The translations under genes were made by a program, and so were the position numbers. From NCBI GenBank assembly GCA_964632355.1, contig CAZWBW010000001.1, positions 21,973 to 85,972 on the forward strand: a DNA stretch of 64,000 nucleotides. The letters run 5' to 3'. Numbering within the stretch: position 1 is the stretch's first letter; the number at the start of each line of letters is the position of its first letter. Under the pieces are notes generated by a model that did not search any database, was not told the origin of the DNA, and saw nothing but the letters and a program-made list of their open reading frames with translations. Source of the stretch: an uncultured Anaerolineaceae bacterium (lineage in GTDB: Bacteria; Chloroflexota; Dehalococcoidia; Tepidiformales; Tepidiformaceae). Below, piece by piece: positions 34,921 through 43,996 of this stretch.

Positions 34921-35522
34921 GCACCGTTCTCGCCATCGATACTGCTTCGCCTGCCTTCGCGTTGGCGGTCGCCATCGACGGTGTGGTCACCGCTTCCTTG
35001 CAGCACGACAACGAACAGGAACATTCACAGCAACTGCTCGCCCGGGTAGACGAACTCCTCGGTGAGCGCCGCCGCGATCTCTCGGGCGTTGTCGTCGTAC
35101 GCGGCCCCGGGAGCTACGCCGGCCTCCGCGTCGGCATCGCCACCGCCGAAGGCCTCGCCCTCTCCCTGGACATTCCCATCGTGGGTGTCGGCACCCTCGA
35201 TGCTGTTGCTGCCGTGGCCGGCGGCGATGCCCTCGCGATCCATCCCGCGGGCCGCGGCGAGTTCGCTGCCCAGCGGTTCGAGGGCGGTGCACCCACGGGC
35301 GACATGTACGCCGCGAAACCCGAGGAGCTTCGCGGTGAACAGACGGCCGGCGAAGGCGCCGGGGCGCTCGGGGGCCGCGAAGTCACCCCCGAGGAGCGCG
35401 TTCGCGCCGCGCTCCAGCTCGGGCTCCCACGGCTCAGCGAGGCCGCGGGCCGCATCGAAGCGATCTACCTGCGCGAACCAAACATTAGCCGCCCGCGCCC
35501 GCGTCCCGCGAACGGGCGCTGA
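34917..35522 (+). CDS. tsaB: tRNA t6A37 biosynthesis protein TsaB
   Basis: The GTG overlaps the tsaE stop (GTGA). The sequence [14 protein letters not shown]...[19 protein letters not shown] matches TsaB. Confidence 0.85.
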   Translation: MSTVLAIDTASPAFALAVAIDGVVTASLQHDNEQEHSQQLLARVDELLGERRRDLSGVVVVRGPGSYAGLRVGIATAEGLALSLDIPIVGVGTLDAVAAVAGGDALAIHPAGRGEFAAQRFEGGAPTGDMYAAKPEELRGEQTAGEGAGALGGREVTPEERVRAALQLGLPRLSEAAGRIEAIYLREPNISRPRPRPANGR

Positions 35523-35536
35523 CCGGAGGAACACAC

Positions 35537-35992
35537 ATGGCAACCGAACGAACACTCATCCTCGTGAAGCCCGATGCGATGCAGCGCGGGCTGGCCGGCG
35601 AAGTCCTGCGGCGGTTCGAACAGCGTGGACTCCGCATCGTGGGTCTCAAGCTCGTACAGGTCTCCCGCGAACTCGCCGGGCAGCACTACGCTGAGCACGA
35701 AGGCAAGCCCTTCTACCCCGGCCTCGTCGACTACATCACCAGCTCGCCTGTGATCGCCGCCGTGCTCGAAGGCACCGGCGCCATCGCCATGGTTCGCAAG
35801 ATGATCGGCAAGACCGACCCCGCCGAGGCCGAGCCGGGCACTATCCGCGGCGACCTGGGCATGGAAAAGGGCCGCAACCTGGTCCATGCCAGCGACGGCC
35901 CCGAGAGCGCCAGCCGCGAAATCGGTCTCTGGTTCCGCGACGACGAACTGATCAGCTGGCCGCGCGACGTCGACCGCTGGATTTTCGAGTAA
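35537..35992 (+). CDS. ndk: Nucleoside diphosphate kinase
   Basis: The sequence [16 protein letters not shown]...NLVHASD matches Ndk. Length is 151 aa. Confidence 0.95.
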   Translation: MATERTLILVKPDAMQRGLAGEVLRRFEQRGLRIVGLKLVQVSRELAGQHYAEHEGKPFYPGLVDYITSSPVIAAVLEGTGAIAMVRKMIGKTDPAEAEPGTIRGDLGMEKGRNLVHASDGPESASREIGLWFRDDELISWPRDVDRWIFE

Positions 35993-36016
35993 TCACGCCA
36001 GTCCCGGACGTTCGAA

Positions 36017-36046
36017 GGGGGTACGCCGTCCTTATTGCGTACCCCC
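36017..36046. terminator. Hairpin between convergent ndk and the csbD-like gene
   Basis: GGGGGTACGC-N10-GCGTACCCCC forms a perfect 10-bp stem. Confidence 0.5.
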
Positions 36047-36112
36047 TCCCGCATCGGTGGAAGCGTGCCCCCTCGGGCATCGCGACCACGCTTGCGTGCC
36101 CCTCGCTGGCGG

Positions 36113-36301
36113 CTACTCGAACTTTTCCTTGATTTCCTCCGCCTTTTCCTTCAGCTCGCCCATCATTCCGCGAGCCTTCCCCTTCTTCTCCTGGGCTTCG
36201 CCTTCGGAGCGCTGTTCCGGGTCGTCGGCCATATCGCCGTACGCCTGCCGGGCCTTCCCGGCCATCTCTTCGGCCTTACCCTTGGCTTTGTCTTGTGTCA
36301 T
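36113..36301 (-). CDS. CsbD-family stress-response protein
   Basis: A 62-aa protein, MTQDKAKGKAEEMAGKARQAYGDM...GELKEKAEEIKEKF. A GGAAGGAA RBS is present. This is only the tail of a long track ORF. Confidence 0.8.
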   Translation of the reverse strand: MTQDKAKGKAEEMAGKARQAYGDMADDPEQRSEGEAQEKKGKARGMMGELKEKAEEIKEKFE

Positions 36302-36441
36302 GTGGATTCCTTCCTGCCGGGCGTCCCGGCTGTCGGTCCACGGTACGTCCTGCTGCCTTGCCGTAATCTCAGGCTTCGGGGGCGAACTGTTTCGGGGGCG
36401 TGGCATATCGCACCCCCAGCTGCACGGCGCGTAGGGACGGT

Positions 36442-37254
36442 CTAGGCGGCTTCGCCGATTTCGAACTGCTCCAGCTGGCGCACCGCGAGCCAGAACGCGA
36501 GCGCCGTGACTACCACGGTCATCAGCACCGCAGTCGTCACCCCGAGCCGCGCGCTGAACACCTCCGGCGTCACGTCGCTCAGCCATTCCGCCACCGAAAA
36601 GGTGTACTGTCGCACGCTGAACACCCGGGTCCCCGAGAACAACCGCGTCACGACGCCTTCCCAGATGAACACGTAGATCAGCCCGGCCACGAATGCCCGG
36701 CTCGTCACGACGCTTACGCAGATGAACACCGCCGAATACACAAGCGCGCCGGCGATACCCGCGACCGCAAAGCCCACCGGGATCGCGTATCCGTTCCCGA
36801 CCGAGAAGCTGGCGCCTCCGAGGGTTGTCTCCGTTGGCTGCCCGACCAGGGGGATGTACCCCGCCGCCACGATCACGACCGCGATGAACGCCGCCGTGAC
36901 GGCCCACGCCACCGCCAGCTTCGAGAGCACGACTTTCCACCGCGGGATGGGCTTCGAAAGCAGGTACACGGCCGTGCCGTCTTCGATTTCCGAGCCAAGT
37001 ACCGCCGTGCCCACAATGAGCGCCGCCAGCGGCAGCAGCGTCGCGAGCACGATGTCGGAAAGCAGCGCCTCGGCGACGAATCGCTGGTGCCGGGAGAACG
37101 GCACACCGCTCTCGCTCAGCTCGAACGCCTCCGGCGGCGTAAGGCGGTACGCCGTCGCTATCGCGACCGGGACGAGCGCCGCGAGCACCAGCGCGATGGT
37201 GCGGCGCTGGCTCAGCAATTGCCGGAATGTTAGCTCGACGATCGTGCCGTTCAT
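36442..37254 (-). CDS. ABC-2 type transporter permease
   Basis: About 270 aa with 6 predicted TM helices. The ATG at 37254 overlaps the ATPase stop (ATGA). Confidence 0.7.
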   Translation of the reverse strand: MNGTIVELTFRQLLSQRRTIALVLAALVPVAIATAYRLTPPEAFELSESGVPFSRHQRFVAEALLSDIVLATLLPLAALIVGTAVLGSEIEDGTAVYLLSKPIPRWKVVLSKLAVAWAVTAAFIAVVIVAAGYIPLVGQPTETTLGGASFSVGNGYAIPVGFAVAGIAGALVYSAVFICVSVVTSRAFVAGLIYVFIWEGVVTRLFSGTRVFSVRQYTFSVAEWLSDVTPEVFSARLGVTTAVLMTVVVTALAFWLAVRQLEQFEIGEAA

Positions 37255-38213
37255 CGCTTCACCAGGTACGAGAACACGCTCTCGAGCGACTCGTCCGTCG
37301 GCAGCACTTCGTACAACGAAACATTCGCTCCGCGCGCCACCTTCGCCAGCGCTACCGTAAACGCCGCGAAATCGCTCGCCTTCACGGTCAGGTGCCCGTC
37401 TTCCAGTTCGACGCCGAACACCGAGGTGTCGCCGACCAGCGCCATCGCCAGCCGCCGGTCGTCGCTCGACCGCACTGTGAAGGTGTGTGGCCGGTCGGTC
37501 ATGAGCCGGCGAATTTCGTGGAAGTCGCCCGACGCAGCCAGCCGCCCCGCGACGATGACGAGCACGTTTTCCGCGAGCCGCTCGACCTCCTCGAGGATGT
37601 GCGACGAGAACACGATGGTGTGTCCCTCGGCCGCCATCCGGCGAAGCATCTCCATGAGATAGAGCCGCTGGCGGGGGTCGGCGCCGTTGAACGGCTCGTC
37701 GAGCAGCAAGACCTGCGGCCGGTGTACCAGCGCAGCCGCGATCTTCACTCGCTGCTTCATGCCTTTCGAATAGCCGCCCGTTGGCCGGTGCTGCGCATCC
37801 TCGAGGTCGACCATCCGGATGGCCCGCCGCGCAGCCGCCTCGGGGTCCGGCAGTCCATGCAGCTTCGCGCTCTGCAGCACGAACTGCCACCCGGTCAGGA
37901 ACGGGTATACGGCCTCGCGCTCGGGCACGAGTCCCACCTGCCGGTACATCTCCGGGTTCCGCCATGCCGACTGCCCGAGCACTCGGACCTCACCTGCCGA
38001 TGGCTCCAGGAATCCCGAAAGCATGTGCAGGATGGTTGACTTCCCGGCCCCGTTCGGACCCAGCAGGCCGGTAATCCCCGGCCCGAGTTCGAACGAGATG
38101 TCGTTCACCGCCACCACGTTCCCGTACCACTTCGAGACGTGCTCGAACGTGACGGTCGCTTCCGAAGGCGCCGCCGATGGGAATGCTGCCGCGGTCGTGG
38201 TCTCCGTCGTCAT
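37251..38213 (-). CDS. ABC transporter ATP-binding protein (ABC-2 subfamily)
   Basis: It has Walker A GPNGAGKST, signature YSKGMKQR and Walker B LLLDEPFNG. The ATG at 38213 overlaps the upstream stop (ATGA). Confidence 0.88.
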   Translation of the reverse strand: MTTETTTAAAFPSAAPSEATVTFEHVSKWYGNVVAVNDISFELGPGITGLLGPNGAGKSTILHMLSGFLEPSAGEVRVLGQSAWRNPEMYRQVGLVPEREAVYPFLTGWQFVLQSAKLHGLPDPEAAARRAIRMVDLEDAQHRPTGGYSKGMKQRVKIAAALVHRPQVLLLDEPFNGADPRQRLYLMEMLRRMAAEGHTIVFSSHILEEVERLAENVLVIVAGRLAASGDFHEIRRLMTDRPHTFTVRSSDDRRLAMALVGDTSVFGVELEDGHLTVKASDFAAFTVALAKVARGANVSLYEVLPTDESLESVFSYLVKR

Positions 38214-39106
38214 AGCGACATCCGCTCGTACCGGCGCAGCAGGATCCACGTGGCGAGCGCTGTTATCGCGGCTACCACGAGGAAGTACACCACGCCCGGG
38301 ATATCAGCCTTGGCGAGTTCGTTGGTGGGATCCGCTTCCGCGCCGAAGAACCAGTACGTGGTCCCGCGCATCAGGAAGTACAGCCCGAGCAGGTACGTGA
38401 ATCGGCCGGGCCCGTCCCACCCCAGCGTCTCGAACAAGATGAGCGCGATGGTCGACGACAGTGCGAACAACGCGATGATGCCGCCCGTCGCATAGGCCCG
38501 CCGCGAGGTGTGCGAGGCGATCGCCAGCGCGATGGCCGCAGCGAACATCGAAATGACGACCGCCGTCGCCGTCAGCCGCGGAAGCTGGTCGAAGTTCTCG
38601 CGCAGGTACTCAAGCGTGTCGCTGCTCGCGAGCGCATTGCCGAAGAACATCACGGCCTGCGGCAGGAACGTCAGGAACAGCATCGCCGTGGAGAGCGCCG
38701 CAAGCTTCGCGAGTGCATAGTCACGACGCATGATTGGCCGCGAGAAGTACAGCGGCAGTGTGCGGTTCCGCATATCCCGCCCGAGCAATTCCGGCCCGAC
38801 CGCGGCCACGAACAGCGCCAGGATTACCTGGATGTACTCGTTGTACTCCTCGAGGCGAACCACTTCGACGTCGTTCAGTAGCGAAGCCACACCGAGTTGT
38901 ACGACGGCCGGGAACATCGCGAGCACGACCAGCGTGACCGGGATGATCTTCGCCGCAGTTCGGCGCCCCAGCCCGAACGCGGCCCGCAGGCTCTGCAGGT
39001 AGATCGCCCGGCTCGCGTGCAGCCGGCCGAGGCGCACACCGTCGTAGGTTCGATACCCGAGGTCGTAGATGTTGCCTGCGGCTCGCTCAGGCGATGGCTG
39101 CGACAT
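38210..39106 (-). CDS. ABC-2 type transporter permease
   Basis: A 298-aa polytopic protein with N-terminus IYDLGYRTYDGVRLGR. It overlaps the upstream ATPase gene by 20 nt. Confidence 0.7.
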   Translation of the reverse strand: MSQPSPERAAGNIYDLGYRTYDGVRLGRLHASRAIYLQSLRAAFGLGRRTAAKIIPVTLVVLAMFPAVVQLGVASLLNDVEVVRLEEYNEYIQVILALFVAAVGPELLGRDMRNRTLPLYFSRPIMRRDYALAKLAALSTAMLFLTFLPQAVMFFGNALASSDTLEYLRENFDQLPRLTATAVVISMFAAAIALAIASHTSRRAYATGGIIALFALSSTIALILFETLGWDGPGRFTYLLGLYFLMRGTTYWFFGAEADPTNELAKADIPGVVYFLVVAAITALATWILLRRYERMSL

Positions 39107-40019
39107 CGCTATCCTCCGCCTCCACCACCGGCCTGAACAGGTCTTCGAGGGTCTGGCGCCGCTGTTCGATGCGAACCAGCCCGAGCCCCATGTCCGCCAC
39201 TGTGTCGCGAATCAGGTCGTACAGCCCGTCGTCGGTGAGCCCGAGGAGGATCGAGCGCCCCTCCACGCGCACCGGGATCCCCTTCGACTCCAGTACCGCC
39301 ACGAACTCCTTGCTCGGCGGTTCGACCTCGACGGCGAGCACCTGCGTCCGCGCCGTGAATTCGGCGATCGGTGCCGACCGCACCAGCCGCCCGGCTTCGA
39401 TCACGACGAGGTGGTCGCACACCCGCTCGATCTCGCCGAGTAGATGAGACGACATAAGGATCGAAATCCCGAACTCCCGCCCGGTCCTGCGTACCAGGTC
39501 CAGCATCTCGTCACGCCCCGCCGGGTCGAGCCCGTTCGTCGGCTCGTCGAGCAGCATCAGCCGTGGGTCGTGGACCAGCGCCTGCGCGAGCTTGACCCGC
39601 TGCTTCATGCCCGTCGAATAGCCGCGCATCTCGCGGTACCGCTCTTCGAACAGCCCAACGTGCCGCAGCGTCTCCGCGGTTCGCTCCCGGGCGGCGGTCG
39701 GCGGCAGGCCACTCACCTGCGCCATGTGCGAAACGAAATCCGTGGCCGTCATGTCGAGCGGCAGGCAGTCGTGTTCGGGCATGTAGCCGACAAACTGCCG
39801 CAACTCCGGTCCCTGCCGGGTGATGTCGAACCCGAGGATCTCCCCGGACCCGCTCGTCGGCTCGAGCAACCCGAGCAGGATCTTGATCAGCGTGCTCTTC
39901 CCGGCGCCGTTCGCGCCCACCAGCCCGATGATGCCCGGCTCGAGTTCGAGGTCCAGGCTGTCGAGTGCCGTGACCGACGGGTATCGCTTTGTCAGCGACT
40001 GTGTGGTGAGCAGCGCCAT
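39087..40019 (-). CDS. ABC transporter ATP-binding protein (ABC-2 subfamily)
   Basis: It has Walker A GANGAGKST, signature YSTGMKQR and Walker B MLLDEPTNGLD. Confidence 0.9.
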   Translation of the reverse strand: MALLTTQSLTKRYPSVTALDSLDLELEPGIIGLVGANGAGKSTLIKILLGLLEPTSGSGEILGFDITRQGPELRQFVGYMPEHDCLPLDMTATDFVSHMAQVSGLPPTAARERTAETLRHVGLFEERYREMRGYSTGMKQRVKLAQALVHDPRLMLLDEPTNGLDPAGRDEMLDLVRRTGREFGISILMSSHLLGEIERVCDHLVVIEAGRLVRSAPIAEFTARTQVLAVEVEPPSKEFVAVLESKGIPVRVEGRSILLGLTDDGLYDLIRDTVADMGLGLVRIEQRRQTLEDLFRPVVEAEDSDVAAIA

Positions 40020-40076
40020 CGCGGCTAGCCTACCATCCGCGTGCTTGCGCGACTCAGCCTTTGGTTGGAGCCGGGT

Positions 40077-41129
40077 TCAGGACTCCGGCGCAGCGTCCCA
40101 GAGTTGGCCCTGCGGCGGTTGCCCCTGCTCAGCGAACGGAATGCCGAGGTGGCGGTACGCAGCGGGGGTCGCGACCCGTCCGCGCGGCGTTCGCTGCAGA
40201 AACCCGAGCTGCAGAAGGAACGGCTCGTACACGTCCATGATCGTGTCGGACTCTTCGCTGATCGAAGCTGCGATCGTCTCCAGCCCGACCGGCCCGCCGC
40301 CAAACTTCTCGATGACGCACCGCAGCACCGCCCGGTCGGTTTCATCGAGCCCAAGCTCGTCGACTTCGAGCAGTTCCATCGCCTTCCGGGTCGCGTCGAG
40401 CGTCACTTCGCCGTTCGCGCGCACCTGCGCGTAGTCGCGAACCCGCCGGAGGATCCGGTTCGCGATGCGCGGCGTCCCCCGCGACCGCCTCGCGATCTCC
40501 ATCGCCGCGTCGTCGGGCAGATCGACCCCGAGAATCGCCGCCGAGCGCTTCACAATGGTCGCGAGCGTCGGTGCGTCGTAAAACTCGAGCCGGTACACCG
40601 ACCCGAACCGGTCCCGCAACGGCGCGCTGACCATCGCGTAGCGCGTCGTCGCGCCGATGAGCGTGAACTTCGGCATCGCCAGCCGTACCGACCGCGCGCC
40701 CGGCCCCTTCCCGATGATCAGGTCGAGCGCGAAGTCCTCCATCGCCGGGTAGAGGATCTCCTCGACCGACCGCGCCAGCCGGTGGATCTCGTCGATGAAC
40801 AGGATGTCGTGCTGCTTCAGGTTCGTGAGGATGGCCGCGAGGTCGCCGGGCCGTTCGATGGCCGGCCCGCTGGTGGTGCGAATCGCCACCCCCATCTCGT
40901 TCGCGACGATGTTCGCCAGCGTCGTCTTGCCCAGCCCCGGCGGCCCGTACAGCAGCAGGTGGTCCAGCGCATCCTCGCGTTGTTTCGCCGCTTCAATGGC
41001 GATCGCGAGGTTCTCCTTCACCCGGTCCTGCCCCGGGAACTCGTCGAGCGCGCGCGGCCGCAGCGAACGTTCGACCTCAGCGTCGTCGACGCTCGCCGCG
41101 GGCGAGACAAACCGTTCCTCGGGTGGCAT
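40077..41129 (-). CDS. ruvB: Holliday junction branch-migration helicase RuvB
   Basis: The ATG at 41129 begins MPPEERF.... The sequences [19 protein letters not shown] and [14 protein letters not shown] are present. The track ORF extension upstream is spurious. Confidence 0.93.
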   Translation of the reverse strand: MPPEERFVSPAASVDDAEVERSLRPRALDEFPGQDRVKENLAIAIEAAKQREDALDHLLLYGPPGLGKTTLANIVANEMGVAIRTTSGPAIERPGDLAAILTNLKQHDILFIDEIHRLARSVEEILYPAMEDFALDLIIGKGPGARSVRLAMPKFTLIGATTRYAMVSAPLRDRFGSVYRLEFYDAPTLATIVKRSAAILGVDLPDDAAMEIARRSRGTPRIANRILRRVRDYAQVRANGEVTLDATRKAMELLEVDELGLDETDRAVLRCVIEKFGGGPVGLETIAASISEESDTIMDVYEPFLLQLGFLQRTPRGRVATPAAYRHLGIPFAEQGQPPQGQLWDAAPES

Positions 41130-41184
41130 CGCGGCTAAGGGTAACAGAGGCAGCCGCTCGGTCGTTCGCCGGGCGCCGCGCGCC

Positions 41185-41745
41185 TCAGATGTCGCGAACA
41201 CCTTCGACAATGAGGCCTGCCGCGACCACCACCAGCAACGCCGCGAGTAGCCGCGCCACGGCATCCGCGGCGACTTCGCCGCGGCGCAAGGGCGCCACGG
41301 TGAGCGCGGCCGCAACCGCCAGCGGCACCACCGCCGCACCGAACGCCATCCCGGCGCCTTCGTCTGCGCCGTAGCTCAGCGCGGCGATGAGCCCGGCCGG
41401 GCTCGCCAGCAGCGGGATGGCCAGCGGGAATACGGCATCCTGCAGCCCATCTTCCGACGGTGCCGCCGCAACGCGCGCCCGCCAGAGCGCGAACACGCCC
41501 GTCGTCCCCATCACGATGCCGGCGGCGATCCGGAACGTTTCGGGTGCGACATCGAGGAAGTCGAGCAGGCTGTCGGCGACTGCCGCCGCGAAGAGGTACA
41601 GCACCCCGGCGATCGCGAAGCCCACGGCGGCGACCACCAGCCGCTGTCTCGAACGCGAATCGGCAAGGTCCCGCGCGGCGAGCGCCACCGCGGGCGGATT
41701 GATCGTGGCGAAGAAGATGACCAGCAGCTGAAGGTAGTCGCTCAC
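41185..41745 (-). CDS. MarC-family (UPF0056) integral membrane protein
   Basis: The GTG at 41745 overlaps the upstream stop (GTGA). The protein is about 186 aa with N-terminus [11 protein letters not shown], and is polytopic. Confidence 0.7.
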   Translation of the reverse strand: MSDYLQLLVIFFATINPPAVALAARDLADSRSRQRLVVAAVGFAIAGVLYLFAAAVADSLLDFLDVAPETFRIAAGIVMGTTGVFALWRARVAAAPSEDGLQDAVFPLAIPLLASPAGLIAALSYGADEGAGMAFGAAVVPLAVAAALTVAPLRRGEVAADAVARLLAALLVVVAAGLIVEGVRDI

Positions 41746-42920
41746 TCGCCCTCCCGCCGGGCGATAATGTCCACGCTGCGGATGAGCCCCGAAAGGGCGT
41801 GCTGCTGGTCGTCCATTCGTGTCACTCCTTCGGTAAACCAGGCGCCCTCGAGGAGTTCCGGCCGCGCACCCTCGTGCGCCTCCTCTGCGGTCACCTGGCG
41901 CTCGTACAACATCCCCGCGCCACAGGCCGCACGTTCGGCGATCTTGTCGCGCATGTCCGCCATCCTCGGGTCCGTCTCCGCGAGCAGCCACAGAGAGGTG
42001 AGCCCCTCGACCCACGTCCCCATACCCGCCGCGCGGGCCTGGCGGCCGTGCCACAGCTCCGACCACCAGCTCTCCGTGCGCTGCGACTCGGCGCGAATCA
42101 GCAGCCCGAACCGCTCGGCGAGCCGGCGCGCATACGCCAGTTGCTCGTCCGAAAGCGGCCAATCGGCCATCTCCGAAAGGCCGTACGCGGCCCACTGGTC
42201 GGCCCACGGCGGGAACTTCAGGTTCTCGACGTCGTCGCGGTGCAGCGCCAGGTAGTCGGCCACCTTGCGCGCCGGTTCGTCCCACCCTTCGCCCGGGAAA
42301 ATCTCGTGCATCAGTGTCAGCGCCCAAAAGGCCTCGCCCGTGGCGTACTTCGAACGCTGGTTCGGATTCGGCTGTCCCGTGGCCGGGTCCCACAGTTCGA
42401 GGAACGCGCCATCGTCGAGCTGCAGGACGAGCATGAATCGCGCGAGGTCGCGCATGAGATCGTCGTACTGCGGGTCGCCGGTGGCGATGCGGCGCTGCTC
42501 GAGCCCCGCCAGCATGAGCGCCGACGCGCCGAGCTTCACGTTCCCCGTGTACGGGTCGCGCAGCGCCGCCCAATCGTCGTGCCGGATCAGGTTCTCGATC
42601 ATCCAGCCGAGGCCGCGGTCGGCCGTCTCCATCCCCGACAGGTCGCCTTCGGCCGCCAGCTGGTACAGCGACATCGTGACGCCCGCGTGGCGCACGACGT
42701 TGTAGCCGCCCGGCTCGACGTTCGCTTCCCGGTCGTATTCGTAGACGTACCGGCCGTCGGGGAGTTGCGCGCGTTCGATCCACCGCGCCGCGGCGACGGC
42801 CGATTGGTGCGCCATGTCGGGCGTGATTGGCGGGCAGTGCTCAGGCGGGATGACAATGGCGCGCAGCGCAACGGCGCCGACTGCCCACAATCCGAGGGTT
42901 CCCGCCAGTCCCTTCAACAT
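41742..42920 (-). CDS. Hypothetical exported/anchored protein, probable (alpha/alpha)-toroid fold
   Basis: 392 aa with an N-terminal hydrophobic segment. It shows repeated helical-hairpin motifs (QLPDGRYVYEY, QLDDGAFLELWD, ATGEAFWAL). I recognise no family with confidence. Confidence 0.45.
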   Translation of the reverse strand: MLKGLAGTLGLWAVGAVALRAIVIPPEHCPPITPDMAHQSAVAAARWIERAQLPDGRYVYEYDREANVEPGGYNVVRHAGVTMSLYQLAAEGDLSGMETADRGLGWMIENLIRHDDWAALRDPYTGNVKLGASALMLAGLEQRRIATGDPQYDDLMRDLARFMLVLQLDDGAFLELWDPATGQPNPNQRSKYATGEAFWALTLMHEIFPGEGWDEPARKVADYLALHRDDVENLKFPPWADQWAAYGLSEMADWPLSDEQLAYARRLAERFGLLIRAESQRTESWWSELWHGRQARAAGMGTWVEGLTSLWLLAETDPRMADMRDKIAERAACGAGMLYERQVTAEEAHEGARPELLEGAWFTEGVTRMDDQQHALSGLIRSVDIIARREGE

Positions 42921-43208
42921 CGGCGCGAAGCATACGCGAAGCTGAATAGCGGACCAGTCGGAGCGGGCGAACAGCGACCGTCATGTGCGCAGGGTAGGAG
43001 CGCACCAAGGCCAGCAGGTACCGGAGAGGAATGAAAATCCCGCTCTAGGCGACGAAGCGCATCAGCAGCACAGCCGCGTAGAGGGTGGCGAGGACGGCGG
43101 TTGTGTGGATGAGCGTTGTCACCGTAGTTCCCTTCGACGTGTTGTCTACAAGTAGAACGCATGTAAACCGGAAAAGGTTCCGCCAAAGGGCTGATCTTCA
43201 CAGTCAAA

Positions 43209-43231
43209 CAGGCCCTCGGTATGAGGGCCTG
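43209..43231 (-). terminator. lipB terminator hairpin
   Basis: On the minus strand, CAGGCCCTC-ATACC-GAGGGCCTG is followed by TTTGACTG. Confidence 0.5.
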
Positions 43232-43258
43232 CTGTCCGTTCGCCTGTCCCGCCGCTGA

Positions 43259-43945
43259 TTAGCCGTTCGCCGCCTTGGCGCTCAGGTCGACCCATTCGGT
43301 CGCGCAGTCGAACACGCGGCCGAAGTGGAACACGAAGGACTCGATGACGTCGTTCATCGGCACCTGCTTACCCACCTCGTGGCTCATGCTCGTCATCTCG
43401 ACGTCGGCCATGCCGCACGGGTTGATGAGGTCGAAGTGGCTCATGTCCGGCTCCACGTTCAGCGCGATGCCGTGCATCGTCACCCCGCGCCGCACGTTGA
43501 TCCCCAGCGAAGCAATCTTCCGGTTCTCGACCCACACGCCGCGGGCGCGTTCTTTCCGCTCGCCGCGGATACCCCAGTCGGCCAGCACGCCGATGACGGT
43601 CTCTTCGAGCCCCGCTACATAGTCGAGCACGCTGCACGACCAGCCCTTCAGGTCGACGATGCCGTACGCCACCAGCTGTCCGGGCCCGTGGTACGTGATG
43701 TCGCCGCCGCGCTCGGTCTGCACTACCCGGATGCCGTAGTTCGAAACCACCTCCGGCGCGACGCGCAGGTCCGGCTCGGGGTGGCCCCGGCCCAACGTGA
43801 ATACCGGCCGGTGCTCCGTCAGCAGCAGCGAATCGACGCCCTGCCCGTTTCGGCGCTGCGCCTGTAGCCGCTGCTGCAGCGTGTGGACCTCGTCGTAGTT
43901 CGTCGTACCCAGGTCATAGACCTTAATCGAGCGCTGGTCGCTCAT
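43259..43945 (-). CDS. lipB: Octanoyltransferase (lipoyl(octanoyl) transferase)
   Basis: The sequence LLLTEHRPVFTLGRG...RGGDITYHGPGQLVAY...NRKIASLGI...HG.ALNV matches LipB. Length is 228 aa. Confidence 0.9.
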   Translation of the reverse strand: MSDQRSIKVYDLGTTNYDEVHTLQQRLQAQRRNGQGVDSLLLTEHRPVFTLGRGHPEPDLRVAPEVVSNYGIRVVQTERGGDITYHGPGQLVAYGIVDLKGWSCSVLDYVAGLEETVIGVLADWGIRGERKERARGVWVENRKIASLGINVRRGVTMHGIALNVEPDMSHFDLINPCGMADVEMTSMSHEVGKQVPMNDVIESFVFHFGRVFDCATEWVDLSAKAANG

Positions 43946-43996
43946 CTCAATCCTCCCCTGTTGCTCCCGGCGGAGCGTCGGGCCCGTATCGCCAGT

